64,000 nucleotides of DNA from Macrostomum lignano. Lineage: Eukaryota. The notes beneath the pieces are model-generated. The model was not told the origin of the DNA. It saw only the letters and a program-made list of their open reading frames with translations, and searched no databases. Location: assembly GCA_002269645.1 (NCBI GenBank), contig NIVC01002095.1, positions 56,614 to 120,613 on the forward strand. The letters are read 5' to 3'. The position numbers were made by a program, and so were the translations under genes. Shown here in pieces: positions 21,699 to 35,900 of this stretch; positions within the stretch are counted from its first letter, which is position 1; each line of letters starts with the position of its first letter.

Positions 21699-24600
21699 AT
21701 GTCAACGTCGAATGGCTCCATCGTCAACCCAGACGCAGCAGCAGCAGCAAGGGAGGAGAAACGTCGAGCTGCATCAGCGGAGATCGGCAGCCTGTTCTGC
21801 CGGAACAGTTCTCTTCGTGGCGTTTCGAAAATATCTCGCTCCGACTCGCTGTTCCTTCGCTCATTGTGGTTCTCCTTTGTGCTAGTGATGTTTGTCATGC
21901 TGCTGTACTCAAGCGTTATGGTTATTAGTAACTACAGGGACTACGATGTGGCCATTCAGACTTCCATCATGCTGAATAATTTGACCAAGTTCCCTGCAGT
22001 TACTATCTGTAGTCATTATCCCTTCTCGTTGAGAGCGAAGGAGCTGTGGAGTAAAGGTAAATGGACTTAAGATTGTGTTAATTCTTTGATTATTGACTCT
22101 CCTGACTCCAGACTATTGACTCTCCTGACTCCAGCCCATTGACTCTCCTGACTCCAGACTATTGACTCTCCTGACTCCAGTCTATTGACTCTCCTGACTC
22201 CAGCCTATTGACTCTCCTGACTCCAGCCTAATTGGTTATCCTGACTCCAGACTATTGACTCTCCTGACTCCAGCCTATTGACTCTCCTGACTCCAGCCCA
22301 TTGACTCTCCTGACTGCAGCCCATTGACTCTCCTGACTCCAGCCTAATTGATTCTCCTGACTCCAAACTATTGACTCTCCTGACTCCAGCCTAATTGATT
22401 CTCCTGACTCCAGCCCATTGACTCTCCTGACTCCAGCCTAATTGATTCTCCTGACTCCAACCTAATTGGTTCTCCTGACTCCAGACTATTGACTCTCCTG
22501 ACTCCAGCCTATTGACTCTCCTGACTCCAGCCTATTGACTCTCCTGACTCCAGCCCATTGACTCTCCTGACTCCAGCCTAATTGACTCTCCTGACTCCAG
22601 CCTATTGACTCTCCTGACTCCAACCTATTGACTCTCCTGACTCCAGCCTAATTGATTCTCCTGACTCCAGACTATTGACTCTCCTGACTCCAGCCTAATT
22701 GATTCTCCTGACTCCAGACTATTGACTCTCCTGACTCCAGCCTAATTGATTCTCCTGACTCCAGCCCATTGACTCTCCTGACTCCAGCCTAATTGATTCT
22801 CCTGACTCCAGCCTAATTGGTTCTCCTGACTCCAGCCCATTGACTCTCCTGACTCCAGCCTAATTAATTCTCCTGACTCCAGACTATTGACTCTCCTGAC
22901 TCCAGCCTAATTGATTCTCCTGACTCCAGACTATTGACTCTCCTGACTCCAGCCTAATTGATTCTCCTGACTCCAGCCCATTGACTCTCCTGACTCCAGC
23001 CTAATTGGTTCTCCTGACTCCAGACTATTGACTCTCCTGACTCCAGCCTATTGACTCTCCTGACTCCAGCCTATTGACTCTCCTGACTCCAGCCTATTGA
23101 CTCTCCTGACTCCAGCCTAATTGATTCTCCTGACTCCAGCCTAATTGATTCTCCTGACTCCAGCCCATTGACTCTCCTGACTCCAGCCTAATTGATTCTC
23201 CTGACTCCAGCCTAATTGATTCTCCTGACTCCAGCCTATTGATTCTCCTGACTCCAGCCCATTGACTCTCCTGACTCCAGCCTAATTGATTCTCCTGACT
23301 CCAGCCTAATTGACTCTCCTGACTCCAGCCCATTGACTCTCGACCCTGACTCCAGCCCATTGACTCTCCTGACTCCAGCCTAATTGATTCTCCTGACTCC
23401 AGCCTATTGACTCTCCTGACTCCAGCCTATTGACTCTCCTGACTCCAGCCTATTGACTCTCCTGACTCCAGCCCATTGACTCTCCTGACTCCAGCCTAAT
23501 TGATTCTCCTGACTCCAGCCCATTGACTCTCCTGACTCCAGCCCATTGACTCTCCTGACTCCAGCCCATTGACTCTCGACCCTGACTCCAGCCTAATTGA
23601 TTCTCCTGACTCCAGCCTAATTGACACTCCTGACTCCAGCCTAATTGATTCTCCTGACTCCAGCCTAATTGATTCTCCAGAATCCAGCCCATTGACTCTC
23701 CTGACTCCAGGCTATTGACTCTCCTGACTCCAGCCCATTGACTCTCCTGACTCCAGCCTAATTGATTCTCCTGACTCCAGCCTAATTGATTCTCCTGACT
23801 CCAGCCTAATTGATTCTCCTGACTCCAGCCCATTGACTCTCGACCCTGACTCCAGCCTAATTGATTCTCCTGACTCCAGCCTAATTGATTCTCCTGACTC
23901 CAGCCTAATTGATTCTCCTGACTCCAGCCCATTGACTCTCGACCCTGACTCCAGCCTAATTGATTCTCCTGACTCCAGCCTAATTGGTTCTCCAGACTCC
24001 AGACTATTGACTCTCCTGACTCCAGCCCATTGACTCTCCTGACTCCAGCCCATTGACTCTCCTGACTCCAGCCTATTGACTCTCCTGACTCCAGCCTATT
24101 GACTCTCCTGACTCCAGCCCATTGACTCTCCTGACTCCAGCCCATTGACTCTCCTGACTCCAGCCCATTGACTCTCCTGACTCCAGCCCATTGACTCTCC
24201 TGACTCCAGCCTATTGACTCTCCTGACTCCAGCCTATTGACTCTCCTGACTCCAGCCTATTGACTCTCCTGACTCCAGCCCATTGACTCTCCTGACTCCA
24301 GCCTAATTGACTCTCCTGACTCCAGCCTATTGACTCTCCTGACTCCAACCTATTGACTCTCCTGACTCCAGCCTAATTGATTCTCCTGACTCCAGACTAT
24401 TGACTCTCCTGACTCCAGCCTAATTGATTCTCCTGACTCCAGACTATTGACTCTCCTGACTCCAGCCTAATTGATTCTCCTGACTCCAGCCCATTGACTC
24501 TCCTGACTCCAGCCTAATTGATTCTCCTGACTCCAGCCTAATTGGTTCTCCTGACTCCAGCCCATTGACTCTCCTGACTCCAGCCTAATTGATTCTCCTG

Positions 24601-27600
24601 ACTCCAGCCCATTGACTCTCCTGACTCCAGCCTAATTGATTCTCCTGACTCCAGACTATTGACTCTCCTGACTCCAGCCTAATTGATTCTCCTGACTCCA
24701 GCCCATTGACTCTCCTGACTCCAGCCTAATTGGTTCTCCTGACTCCAGACTATTGACTCTCCTGACTCCAGCCTATTGACTCTCCTGACTCCAGCCTATT
24801 GACTCTCCTGACTCCAGCCTATTGACTCTCCTGACTCCAGCCTAATTGATTCTCCTGACTCCAGCCTAATTGATTCTCCTGACTCCAGCCCATTGACTCT
24901 CCTGACTCCAGCCTAATTGATTCTCCTGACTCCAGCCTAATTGACTCTCCTGACTCCAGCCCATTGACTCTCGACCCTGACTCCAGCCTAATTGATTCTC
25001 CTGACTCCAGCCTAATTGGTTCTCCAGACTCCAGACTATTGACTCTCCTGACTCCAGCCCATTGACTCTCCTGACTCCAGCCCATTGACTCTCCTGACTC
25101 CAGCCTATTGACTCTCCTGACTCCAGCCTATTGACTCTCCTGACTCCAGCCCATTGACTCTCCTGACTCCAGCCCATTGACTCTCCTGACTCCAGCCCAT
25201 TGACTCTCCTGACTCCAGCCCATTGACTCTCCTGACTCCAGCCTATTGACTCTCCTGACTCCAGCCTATTGACTCTCCTGACTCCAGCCTATTGACTCTC
25301 CTGACTCCAGCCCATTGACTCTCCTGACTCCAGCCTAATTGACTCTCCTGACTCCAGCCTATTGACTCTCCTGACTCCAACCTATTGACTCTCCTGACTC
25401 CAGCCTAATTGATTCTCCTGACTCCAGCCTAATTGATTCTCCTGACTCCAGCCTAATTGATTCTCCTGACTCCAGCCCATTGACTCTCGACCCTGACTCC
25501 AGCCTAATTGATTCTCCTGACTCCAGCCTAATTGGTTCTCCAGACTCCAGACTATTGACTCTCCTGACTCCAGCCCATTGACTCTCCTGACTCCAGCCCA
25601 TTGACTCTCCTGACTCCAGCCTATTGACTCTCCTGACTCCAGCCTATTGACTCTCCTGACTCCAGCCCATTGACTCTCCTGACTCCAGCCCATTGACTCT
25701 CCTGACTCCAGCCCATTGACTCTCCTGACTCCAGCCCATTGACTCTCCTGACTCCAGCCTATTGACTCTCCTGACTCCAGCCTATTGACTCTCCTGACTC
25801 CAGCCTATTGACTCTCCTGACTCCAGCCCATTGACTCTCCTGACTCCAGCCTAATTGACTCTCCTGACTCCAGCCTATTGACTCTCCTGACTCCAACCTA
25901 TTGACTCTCCTGACTCCAGCCTAATTGATTCTCCTGACTCCAGACTATTGACTCTCCTGACTCCAGCCTAATTGATTCTCCTGACTCCAGACTATTGACT
26001 CTCCTGACTCCAGCCTAATTGATTCTCCTGACTCCAGCCCATTGACTCTCCTGACTCCAGCCTAATTGATTCTCCTGACTCCAGCCTAATTGGTTCTCCT
26101 GACTCCAGCCCATTGACTCTCCTGACTCCAGCCTAATTAATTCTCCTGACTCCAGACTATTGACTCTCCTGACTCCAGCCTAATTGATTCTCCTGACTCC
26201 AGACTATTGACTCTCCTGACTCCAGCCTAATTGATTCTCCTGACTCCAGCCCATTGACTCTCCTGACTCCAGCCTAATTGGTTCTCCTGACTCCAGACTA
26301 TTGACTCTCCTGACTCCAGCCTATTGACTCTCCTGACTCCAGCCTATTGACTCTCCTGACTCCAGCCTATTGACTCTCCTGACTCCAGCCTAATTGATTC
26401 TCCTGACTCCAGCCTAATTGATTCTCCTGACTCCAGCCCATTGACTCTCCTGACTCCAGCCTAATTGATTCTCCTGACTCCAGCCTAATTGATTCTCCTG
26501 ACTCCAGCCTATTGATTCTCCTGACTCCAGCCCATTGACTCTCCTGACTCCAGCCTAATTGATTCTCCTGACTCCAGCCTAATTGACTCTCCTGACTCCA
26601 GCCCATTGACTCTCGACCCTGACTCCAGCCCATTGACTCTCCTGACTCCAGCCTAATTGATTCTCCTGACTCCAGCCTATTGACTCTCCTGACTCCAGCC
26701 TATTGACTCTCCTGACTCCAGCCTATTGACTCTCCTGACTCCAGCCCATTGACTCTCCTGACTCCAGCCTAATTGATTCTCCTGACTCCAGCCCATTGAC
26801 TCTCCTGACTCCAGCCCATTGACTCTCCTGACTCCAGCCCATTGACTCTCGACCCTGACTCCAGCCTAATTGATTCTCCTGACTCCAGCCTAATTGACTC
26901 TCCTGACTCCAGCCTAATTGATTCTCCTGACTCCAGCCTAATTGATTCTCCAGAATCCAGCCCATTGACTCTCCTGACTCCAGGCTATTGACTCTCCTGA
27001 CTCCAGCCCATTGACTCTCCTGACTCCAGCCTAATTGATTCTCCTGACTCCAGCCTAATTGATTCTCCTGACTCCAGCCTAATTGATTCTCCTGACTCCA
27101 GCCCATTGACTCTCGACCCTGACTCCAGCCTAATTGATTCTCCTGACTCCAGCCTAATTGGTTCTCCAGACTCCAGACTATTGACTCTCCTGACTCCAGC
27201 CCATTGACTCTCCTGACTCCAGCCCATTGACTCTCCTGACTCCAGCCTATTGACTCTCCTGACTCCAGCCTATTGACTCTCCTGACTCCAGCCCATTGAC
27301 TCTCCTGACTCCAGCCCATTGACTCTCCTGACTCCAGCCCATTGACTCTCCTGACTCCAGCCCATTGACTCTCCTGACTCCAGCCTATTGACTCTCCTGA
27401 CTCCAGCCTATTGACTCTCCTGACTCCAGCCTATTGACTCTCCTGACTCCAGCCTAATTGATTCTCCTGACTCCAGCCTAATTGACTCTCCTGACTCCAG
27501 CCCATTGACTCTCCTGACTCCAGCCCATTGACTCTCCTGACTCTATTGGAGTCAGGAGTCATAGAGTCTATTCTATTGGACAACTTATGACTCCAGTATA

Positions 27601-30600
27601 TACTCTGACATGTGAAGATTTAGTGGAAATTTGTTTAACATTATTCATTATAAATATTAAGATTCTCTATCGGCTAATCTTTACTAGGTCTATCGCCTCA
27701 ACAATTCAACACAATGCTGCGCAATCTAACGCGCGATCTACTGGAATCGGGACGATTGCAGCTCGCCCAAAAGCTCACCTTCTACGACAAGATGCGAGTG
27801 TACTATCAGAATCTGTCACCAGAACTGGCTATAGCAATGGGCCGATCAATGAAGGAGTTCCTATTGCACTGTATGACAGTTCGAGGCAGTTATAGTCTAG
27901 TTGGCAAAGACCAGCAGTGCGGACTAGAGTTCGATCTGGTGTCCAATCCACGCTACTTCAACTGCTACACTGTTCGACCCAGTCTAGACTATTACAGCAG
28001 GCGAGTGTCCGATGTGTACCTCATTGTAGACCTGGGCCTGCCGCCGGACCTGCGCAGCTGGGATCAGGCCTTTGTTATGGACATCTTCGATCAGGCGTTC
28101 GGCCTCAGACTGTTGCTGCACGAGGATGGCATATTTCCCAATGTTGATAAGGGCGGAGTTCACATTGAACCGGGTGAGCTGTTTCGTTTTTATAAAATGC
28201 TTCGTCAAATAAGGTGGCGGGGTTTGCCAATATAAGTAGCATAAATGTACATTGAGGGTAAAGGAGGGAGATCACGTGACCAAGAAAGCTTTGGTCGATT
28301 GGTCAAATACCATTACCATTTGGTTAATTAAGAAATTGGCGAAGGGTTGGGCTGATATTATTAAAACGATAATTGTACCAGTATCGACTAAACAGTTAGA
28401 GGTCACGTGACCGCCAATCGGCGTTGATTTGGAATGGAGAAGGAACATTACTAAGGTTAGATAAAATAGAAGTTTATTGGTTTGGATGGGTTCTGTTGCG
28501 TCTAGAACAGACAATCAATATAGACTTCCCAGTAAAAAAGAGTGGCATAGAAGTCACGAGACGGAGAGAGCTAAGATCCTTGCTTGGAACCCCAACCAAT
28601 CCCTTACTTACATGAGCTAGTGTACAGTGTACATGTAGAGAAGGTCACGTGACAATTTACATTGTAAAGGAAAGAATAAAACTTTTAAAATTAGTCTATT
28701 TTATTTAATTGCAGTTAATTGCGCCCTAACGGGTATATTTATGACGACTGGGGTTGAATACAGATAATAAAAGGAGGGGTGGAGGACTGCGCGACTAAAG
28801 AGAGAGGCGAGAATGGAGAGCCAATCAGAACGCGGCGAGGGAGAGAGATGTACAAAGAGAATGTACATGACAACAAGAAAACAAGCCCAACCTTTTTGAT
28901 CTTTATTTATCTACAAAGTATTCGTAGAATTTTTCGACGTTACTTTGTTCAACAAAGGCCAACAAGGAAATGCGAAACAGTCATTATAGCGCTGAAATTG
29001 AATGCAAATAGTTAATATTTTTTCTTTGTTTATACCTAAATTTTTTGCAGGCAAAATGGTGGAAATTGCTTTCGACACCATCCAATGGAGTGAGGCTACC
29101 GAGTTGCCCAACGATCGCTGCCATCCGGGTCACCAGCCTTACATCTACGACTTGGGCAGGAATTATTCCTATTCCTATCGGGCCTGCATCGACCAGGAGC
29201 TCAATCGTCACGTGATCAATCGGTGCGGCTGCGTCTTGGCCCACCTGCCCCGGCCAGTGGCTCGACCGACGCTTCAGACACCTTACTGTGGCAATATTGA
29301 TCCGAACAAAACTGAAAGCTTCTTCCGGTAAGGCATGTATTAATGCTATTGTTGAGTAGAAGTTACAAAACTACTCATAGTCACGATCGGGCTCGACCGT
29401 CACAACATGCATTAATTGTTAGTAGAAAGCTGTGCGATTGATAAATTGATTTTCGATACATGTACGAGTATGTCAAAGCATACTCTTTATACTCTACTTG
29501 CAGTAGAAACTACAGAATATCTAATGTATAACACTAATAATAATAAATAACATTTTAATCACTCTACTTATACTAGAAATATAGGGAAAGAAGAAGGTAG
29601 AAACTGTTTAACTGTTTTACTTTAGGGTAACTTTGTTATTCTGCTCCAAATTTTCCAGGTTTGCACGCTCTTTTGTGTACATTACAGAGCCGTGGCATTG
29701 GTTTTCCGTTATTTTTTCAGACGCCTCGACTGCCTTAGCGGAGTCGATGTCAGAGCCGTGCGTCAGGCGGCGTACGGCACCACGTGTCGGAAGCGCTGCA
29801 GTCGCTACACCTATCCGCAGCAGTCGTCGGTGACGCGCTGGCGAGCAACCAACTTCCAGCTGCATTGGATGATGGACCAGTCGCAGAGCTGGGCGAGACT
29901 ACTGCGAGCAAGGTTTGAATAAGGCCGCTTGGCAAGCTAAGTTGGATAATTTCGAAATAGCAATCTTGGTCGCTATTTAAAGTTGAATAAATTCTTCAAA
30001 AAATGGCATAAGTTTCATAGGAAAATGAGCACAAATTTGAATGAAGCTGATGCTTTTTACAAGAGTAACTTTTTTAAGCAAAATAAGTTTCAAGTCAATG
30101 AACTCTAACTATGCAGCATAAAATAAGGTCTCTTCATCAATCACAATTCAAGATAGATTTTAAATAACATGCTAATAAATCATTTATCGTGTAAATGCGA
30201 AGAATTTAATCGGCTTTAAAACCAGATCAAGTTTGTCAAAATTGGTTTTTGATATTAATAAAATTATGGATGATTTTGAGCAGACAGTAAGGGTTTCTCC
30301 GCCTAGCTGTCCTGCAAAGCAATTTTTCTTGGAAACCAATTTGTTTGGCAAGGGTCCCATTGTGGGGGATCGTCTCTTGAGTGTCTTTTGAGTGTCTCTT
30401 GGATGTCTCTTGAGTGTCTCTTGGATGTCTCTTGAGTGTCTCTTGGATGTCTCTTGAGTGTCTCTTGGATGTCTCTTAAGTGTCCTTGAGTGTCTCTTGA
30501 GTGTCTCTTGAGTGTCTCTTGAGTGTCTCTTGAGTGTCTCTTGAGTGTCTCTTGAGCGTCTCTTGAGTGTCTCTTGGAGTGTCTCTTGAGTGTCTCTTGG

Positions 30601-32304
30601 ATGTCTCTTGAGTGTCTTCTGGGTGTCTCTTGGATGTCTCTTGAGTGTCTCTTGGATGTCTCTTGAGTGTCTCTTGGATGTCTCTTGAGTGTCTCTTGAG
30701 TGTCTCTTGGAGTGTCTCTTGAGTGTCTCTTGGATGTCTCTTGAGTGTCTTCTGGGTGTCTCTTGGATGTCTCTTGAGTGTCTCTTGGATGTCTCTTGAG
30801 TGTCTCTTGGATGTCTCTTGAGTGTCTCTTGGATGTCTCTTGAGTGTCTCTTGAGTGTCTCTTGGAGTGTCTCTTGAGTGTCTCTTGGATGTCTCTTGAG
30901 TGTCTTCTGGGTGTCTCTTGGATGTCTCTTGAGTGTCTCTTGGATGTCTCTTGAGTGTCTCTTGGATGTCTCTTGAGTGTCTCTTGAGTGTCTCTTGGAG
31001 TGTCTCTTGAGTGTCTCTTGGATGTCTCTTGAGTGTCTTCTGGGTGTCTCTTGGATGTCTCTTGAGTGTCTCTTGGATGTCTCTTGAGTGTCTCTTGGAT
31101 GTCTCTTGAGTGTCTCTTGAGTGTCTCTTGGAGTGTCTCTTGAGTGTCTCTTGGATGTCTCTTGAGTGTCTTCTGGGTGTCTCTTGGATGTCTCTTGAGT
31201 GTCTCTTGGATGTCTCTAGAGTGTCTCTTGGATGTCTCTTGAGTGTCTTCTGGGTGTCTCTTGGATGTCTCTTGAGTGTCTCTTGGAGTGTCTCTTAAGT
31301 GTCTCTTGGATGTCTCTTGAGTGTCTCTGGAGTCTGTTGGATGTCTCTTGGAGAGTCTCTTGAAGTTCCTCTGTGTAATGCCAGGGAATGCACTGAAGTT
31401 CTATTTTTTAGAACTTTGCCTAGCAGATAAGTAATTATTCTACCCCGCCCGAGCTGTTCTACCAAGACTGCGTGTTATTTATTGTAGCTAGTAACTAGTC
31501 AATGCATTTATCTGCAGTCAGGATGCAAATGATATTGAAACGATTCTAGAACGCTAACGAGTGCTTTTTGCCATAGACGTACAAATGACCTCTTCATGAA
31601 CTCATTCTTATTTGATTCTATTTTAATCATAGACCGCGCGCAGTTAGACCAATACGAGTAAGAATGCAATTCTAATCGAATAAGAATGAATATGATTCCT
31701 GCACGGTCACGAGTGCGGGAATGACATCTTTACGAGTGAGCCTTCAAATTAATATTGTAATATTTACGAGTGTTACGTTCGGATACAAGGGTAAATTCTA
31801 GTGGTCCTTGGCCCCACGATTAGCAATAAACAGGATTCAATTTAATTGAAAGCAAGCAGCTGTCGCAATTGAATCGATTGCCCAGCCTCTGACCCATTCA
31901 ACCCATACCAATATTCGTACAGATCCAAGAAAGACTCGGACACAGCGGCCAAAATGGAGTCAAAGATCATGACCTACTTGAATAGCACCAATCTCCGACG
32001 GATTCCCGAGGACCGCAAGAGCCTGGTGCCGAAGGGCTACAACCAGTTTGCCTACATCATAGTCCGCAGGCGCAGCTTCGATAGTGTGCACAAACGCGAG
32101 AAACTCACTGTGACCCTCGAAGCCTTGATGAGTCGCATCGGAGGCCTGTGCTCGCTCTATCTGGGTCTAACCATGGCCTTCCTGATCGAACTGGTCGAAT
32201 TTCTTTACCTGTTGATTGCTTATCTTAGAACTGACCGCTGTGGAAAGCGAACAGCCGCTGAAACTGTGCCACTGACCAAGTCATCCAAGTCTGCGTTGAA
32301 ATAG
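21699..32304 (+). CDS. Degenerin/epithelial sodium channel (DEG/ENaC/ASIC family) subunit, 564 aa
   Basis: Exons 21699-22056, 27688-28173, 29051-29327, 29721-29912, 31923-32304 join in frame (1695 nt). TM1 followed by FPAVTICS, YFNCYT, GLRLLLH...GVHIEPG, Cys-rich thumb (YSYRAC..CGC..CG..C..C..RC), TM2 SRIGGLCSLYLGLTMAFLIELVEF. Confidence 0.93.
22093..27545 (+). repeat. 23/24-bp satellite (TTGACTCTCCTGACTCCAGCCTA), ~5.4 kb, DEG/ENaC intron 1, with higher-order duplications
   Basis: Direct reading; equivalent spurious ORFs offset by 3273 bp. Confidence 0.98.
30375..31355 (+). repeat. 11/12-bp minisatellite (GAGTGTCTCTT/GGATGTCTCTT), intronic
   Basis: Direct reading. Confidence 0.97.
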
Positions 32305-32952
32305 CTATAACCATGTAGCTGATCCAGCCTGTTTTATTAATTTGTCTTCTGTTATTGGCATGCATCTCATGCTTGCTTGCACAATACAGATTCTACTGGT
32401 CACCTATGCTGTTCTGATTGTTGCCAATGCTTAAAGTGATTCACAATAAAATACATGATTGCCTCTAAATATAATTAATCAGTTAGACGGATTGGGATAT
32501 TAATGACGGATTAGAATATCAATGATGGGTTGGGATATTAATGACGGATTAGAATATCAATGATGGGTTGGGATATCAATGACGGATCGATGGGGATATC
32601 AATGACCTTTTGGGATAACATGACAGATGGGGATCTGTTTTAACTCATTAACTATCTGTGCATTCAATGATTCTGTTAATATGTTGTAAACAGGGGTGGT
32701 TCTACATGTACATGTACTGTACAGCATAATGCATGCTTTATTTTGAAAATTTGAATAGCCAGTCCTTGAATAGCAAAAATTAATATATCATGTGCTCCTC
32801 TTTTAGAACAAGATTACATTATTTTGTATCCAGCATTTTAATTAGGATTTAACTATTTATTATGGCAGCAACCATGTCATCCATTTTTCGGGTGTTAGAC
32901 TGGTTTATTTTTTAGTCAAATTCAGTCTACATGGCCCGGTAAAACCATCTAC

Positions 32953-35900
32953 TCAGAAATCGCCATTCTCAACAGATAGGAGGCATTCTTGGTATTTTTT
33001 TAAAAGCCGACGAAATTTCTTGCCCTTGACATGCACAAGTCCTCTGTTGAAAAGCAGCTCGAACTCGTCTGCGGGTTTTCGGGGGTGAGGTTGGTTGGCA
33101 GAGTAATACAGTGCGCGAGCTAAAATACAGTGCGAAAGTGGAATTTCCTGAACGATAAAATTTAAGAATGTTGGTAGAGTGAAAGTACATACTAGTGGCT
33201 GGGGGAAGGAGTGAATGTACATACTAGTGGCTGGGGGAAGGAGTGAATGTACATACTAGTGGCTGGGGGAAGGAGTGAATGTACATACTAGTAGCTGGGG
33301 GAAGGAGTGAATGTACATACTAGTGGCTGGGGGAAGGAGTGAATGTACATACTAGTGGCTGGGGGAAGGAGTGAATGTACATACTAGTGGCTGGGGGAAG
33401 GAGTGAATGTACATACTAGTGGCTGAGGGAAGGAGTGAATGTACATACTAGTGGCTGGGAGAAGGAGTGAATGTACATACTAGTGGCTGAGGGAAGGAGT
33501 GAATGTACATACTAGTGGCTGGGGGAAGGAGTGAATGTACATACTAGTGGCTGGGGGAAGGAGTGAATGTACATACTAGTGGCTGAGGGAAGGAGTGAAT
33601 GTACATAGTAGTGGCTGGGGGAAGGAGTGAATGTACATACTAGTGGCTAGGGGAAGGAGTGAATGTACATACTAGTGGCTGGGGGAAGGAGTGAATGTAC
33701 ATACTAGTGGCTAAGGGAAGGAGTGAATGTACATAGTAGTGGCTGGGGGAAGGAGTGAATGTACATACTAGTGGCTGGGGGAAGGAGTGAATGTACATAC
33801 TAGTGGCTGGGGGAAGGAGTGAATGTACATACTAGTGGCTGGGGGAAGGAGTGAATGTACATACTAGTGGCTGAGGGAAGGAGTGAATGTACATACTAGT
33901 GGCTGGGGAAGGAGTGAATGTACATACTAGTGGCTGGGGGAGGGAGTGAATGTACATACTAGTGGCTGGGGAAGGAGTGAATGTACATACTAGTGGCTGG
34001 GGAGGAGTGAATGTACATACTAGTGGCTGGGGAGGAGTGAATGTACATACTAGTGGCTGGGGGAAGGAGTGAATGTACATACTAGTGGCTGGGAGAAGGA
34101 GTGAATGTACATACTAGTAGCTGGGGGAAGGAGTGAATGTACATACTAGTGGCTGGGGGAAGGAGTGAATGTACATACTAGTGGCTGGGGAGGAGTGAAT
34201 GTACATACTAGTGGCTAAGGGAAGGAGTGAATGTACATACTAGTGGCTGGGGGAAGGAGTGAATGAACATACTAGTGGCTGGGGGAAGGAGTGAATGTAC
34301 ATACTAGTGGCTGGGGAAGGAGTGAATGTACATACTAGTGGCTGGGGGAAGGAGTGAATGTACATACTAGTGGCTGGGAAGGAGTGAATGTACATACTAG
34401 TAGCTGGGGAAGGAGTGAATGTACATACTAGTGGCTGGGAAGGAGTGAATGTACATACTAGTGGCTGGGAGAAGGAGTGAATGTACATACTAGTGGCTGG
34501 GAGAAGGAGTGAATGTACATACTAGTGGCTGGAGGAAGGAGTGAATGTACATACTAGTGGCTGGGAGAAGGAGTGAATGTACATACTAGTGGCTGGAGGA
34601 AGGAGTGAATGTACATACTAGTGGCTGGAGGAAGGAGTGAATGTACATACTAGTGGCTGGGGGAAGGAGTGAATGTACATACTAGTGGCTGGAGGAAGGA
34701 GTGAATGTACATACTAGTGGCTGGGGGAAGGAGTGAATGTACATACTAGTGGCTGGGGAAGGAGTGAATGTACATACTAGTGGCTGGAGGAAGGAGTGAA
34801 TGTACATACTAGTGGCTGGGGGAGGGAGTGAATGTACATACTAGTGGCTGAGGGAAGGAGTGAATGTACATACTAGTGGCTGGGGGAAGGAGTGAATGTA
34901 CATACTAGTGGCTGGGGAAGGAGTGAATGTACATACTAGTGGCTGGGGAAGGAGTGAATGTACATACTAGTGGCTGGGGAAGGAGTGAATGTACATACTA
35001 GTGGCTGGGGAAGGAGTGAATGTACATACTAGTGGCTGGGGAAGGAGTGAATGTACATACTAGTGGCTGGGGAAGGAGTGAATGTACATACTAGTGGCTG
35101 GGGAAGGAGTGAATGTACATACTAGTGGCTGGGGAAGGAGTGAATGTACATACTAGTGGCTGGGGAAGGAGTGAATGTACATACTAGTGGCTGGGGGAAG
35201 GAGTGAATGTACATACTAGTGGCTGGGGGAAGGAGTGAATGTACATACTAGTGGCTGGGGGAAGGAGTGAATGTACATACTAGTGGCTGGGGAAGGAGTG
35301 AATGTACATACTAGTGGCTGGGGGAAGGAGTGAATGTACATACTAGTGGCTGGGGAAGGAGTGAATGTACATACTAGTGGCTGGGGGAAGGAGTGAATGA
35401 CATACTAGTGGCTGGGGGAAGGAGTGAATGTACATACTAGTGGCTGGGGAAGGAGTGAATGTACATACTAGTGGCTGGGGGAAGGAGTGAATGTACATAC
35501 TAGTGGCTGGGGGAAGGAGTGAATGTACATACTAGTGGCTGGGGAAGGAGTGAATGTACATACTAGTGGCTGGGGGAAGGAGTGAATGTACATACTAGTG
35601 GCTGGGGGAAGGAGTGAATGTACATACTAGTGGCTGGGGAAGGAGTGAATGTACATACTAGTGGCTGGGGAAGGAGTGAATGTACATACTAGTGGCTGGG
35701 GGAAGGAGTGAATGTACATACTAGTGGCTGGGGGAAGGAGTGAATGTACATACTAGTGGCTGGGGGAAGGAGTGAATGTACATACTAGTGGCTGGGGGAA
35801 GGAGTGAATGTACATACTAGTGGCTGGGGGAAGGAGTGAATGTACATACTAGTGGCTGGGGAAGGAGTGAATGTACATACTAGTGGCTGGGGAAGGAGTG

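Noticed and set aside
29633-29833. Acceptor at 29658 as the DEG/ENaC exon start
   Set aside because: It gives a non-homologous frame with an early stop; the 29720 acceptor restores the Cys-rich domain.
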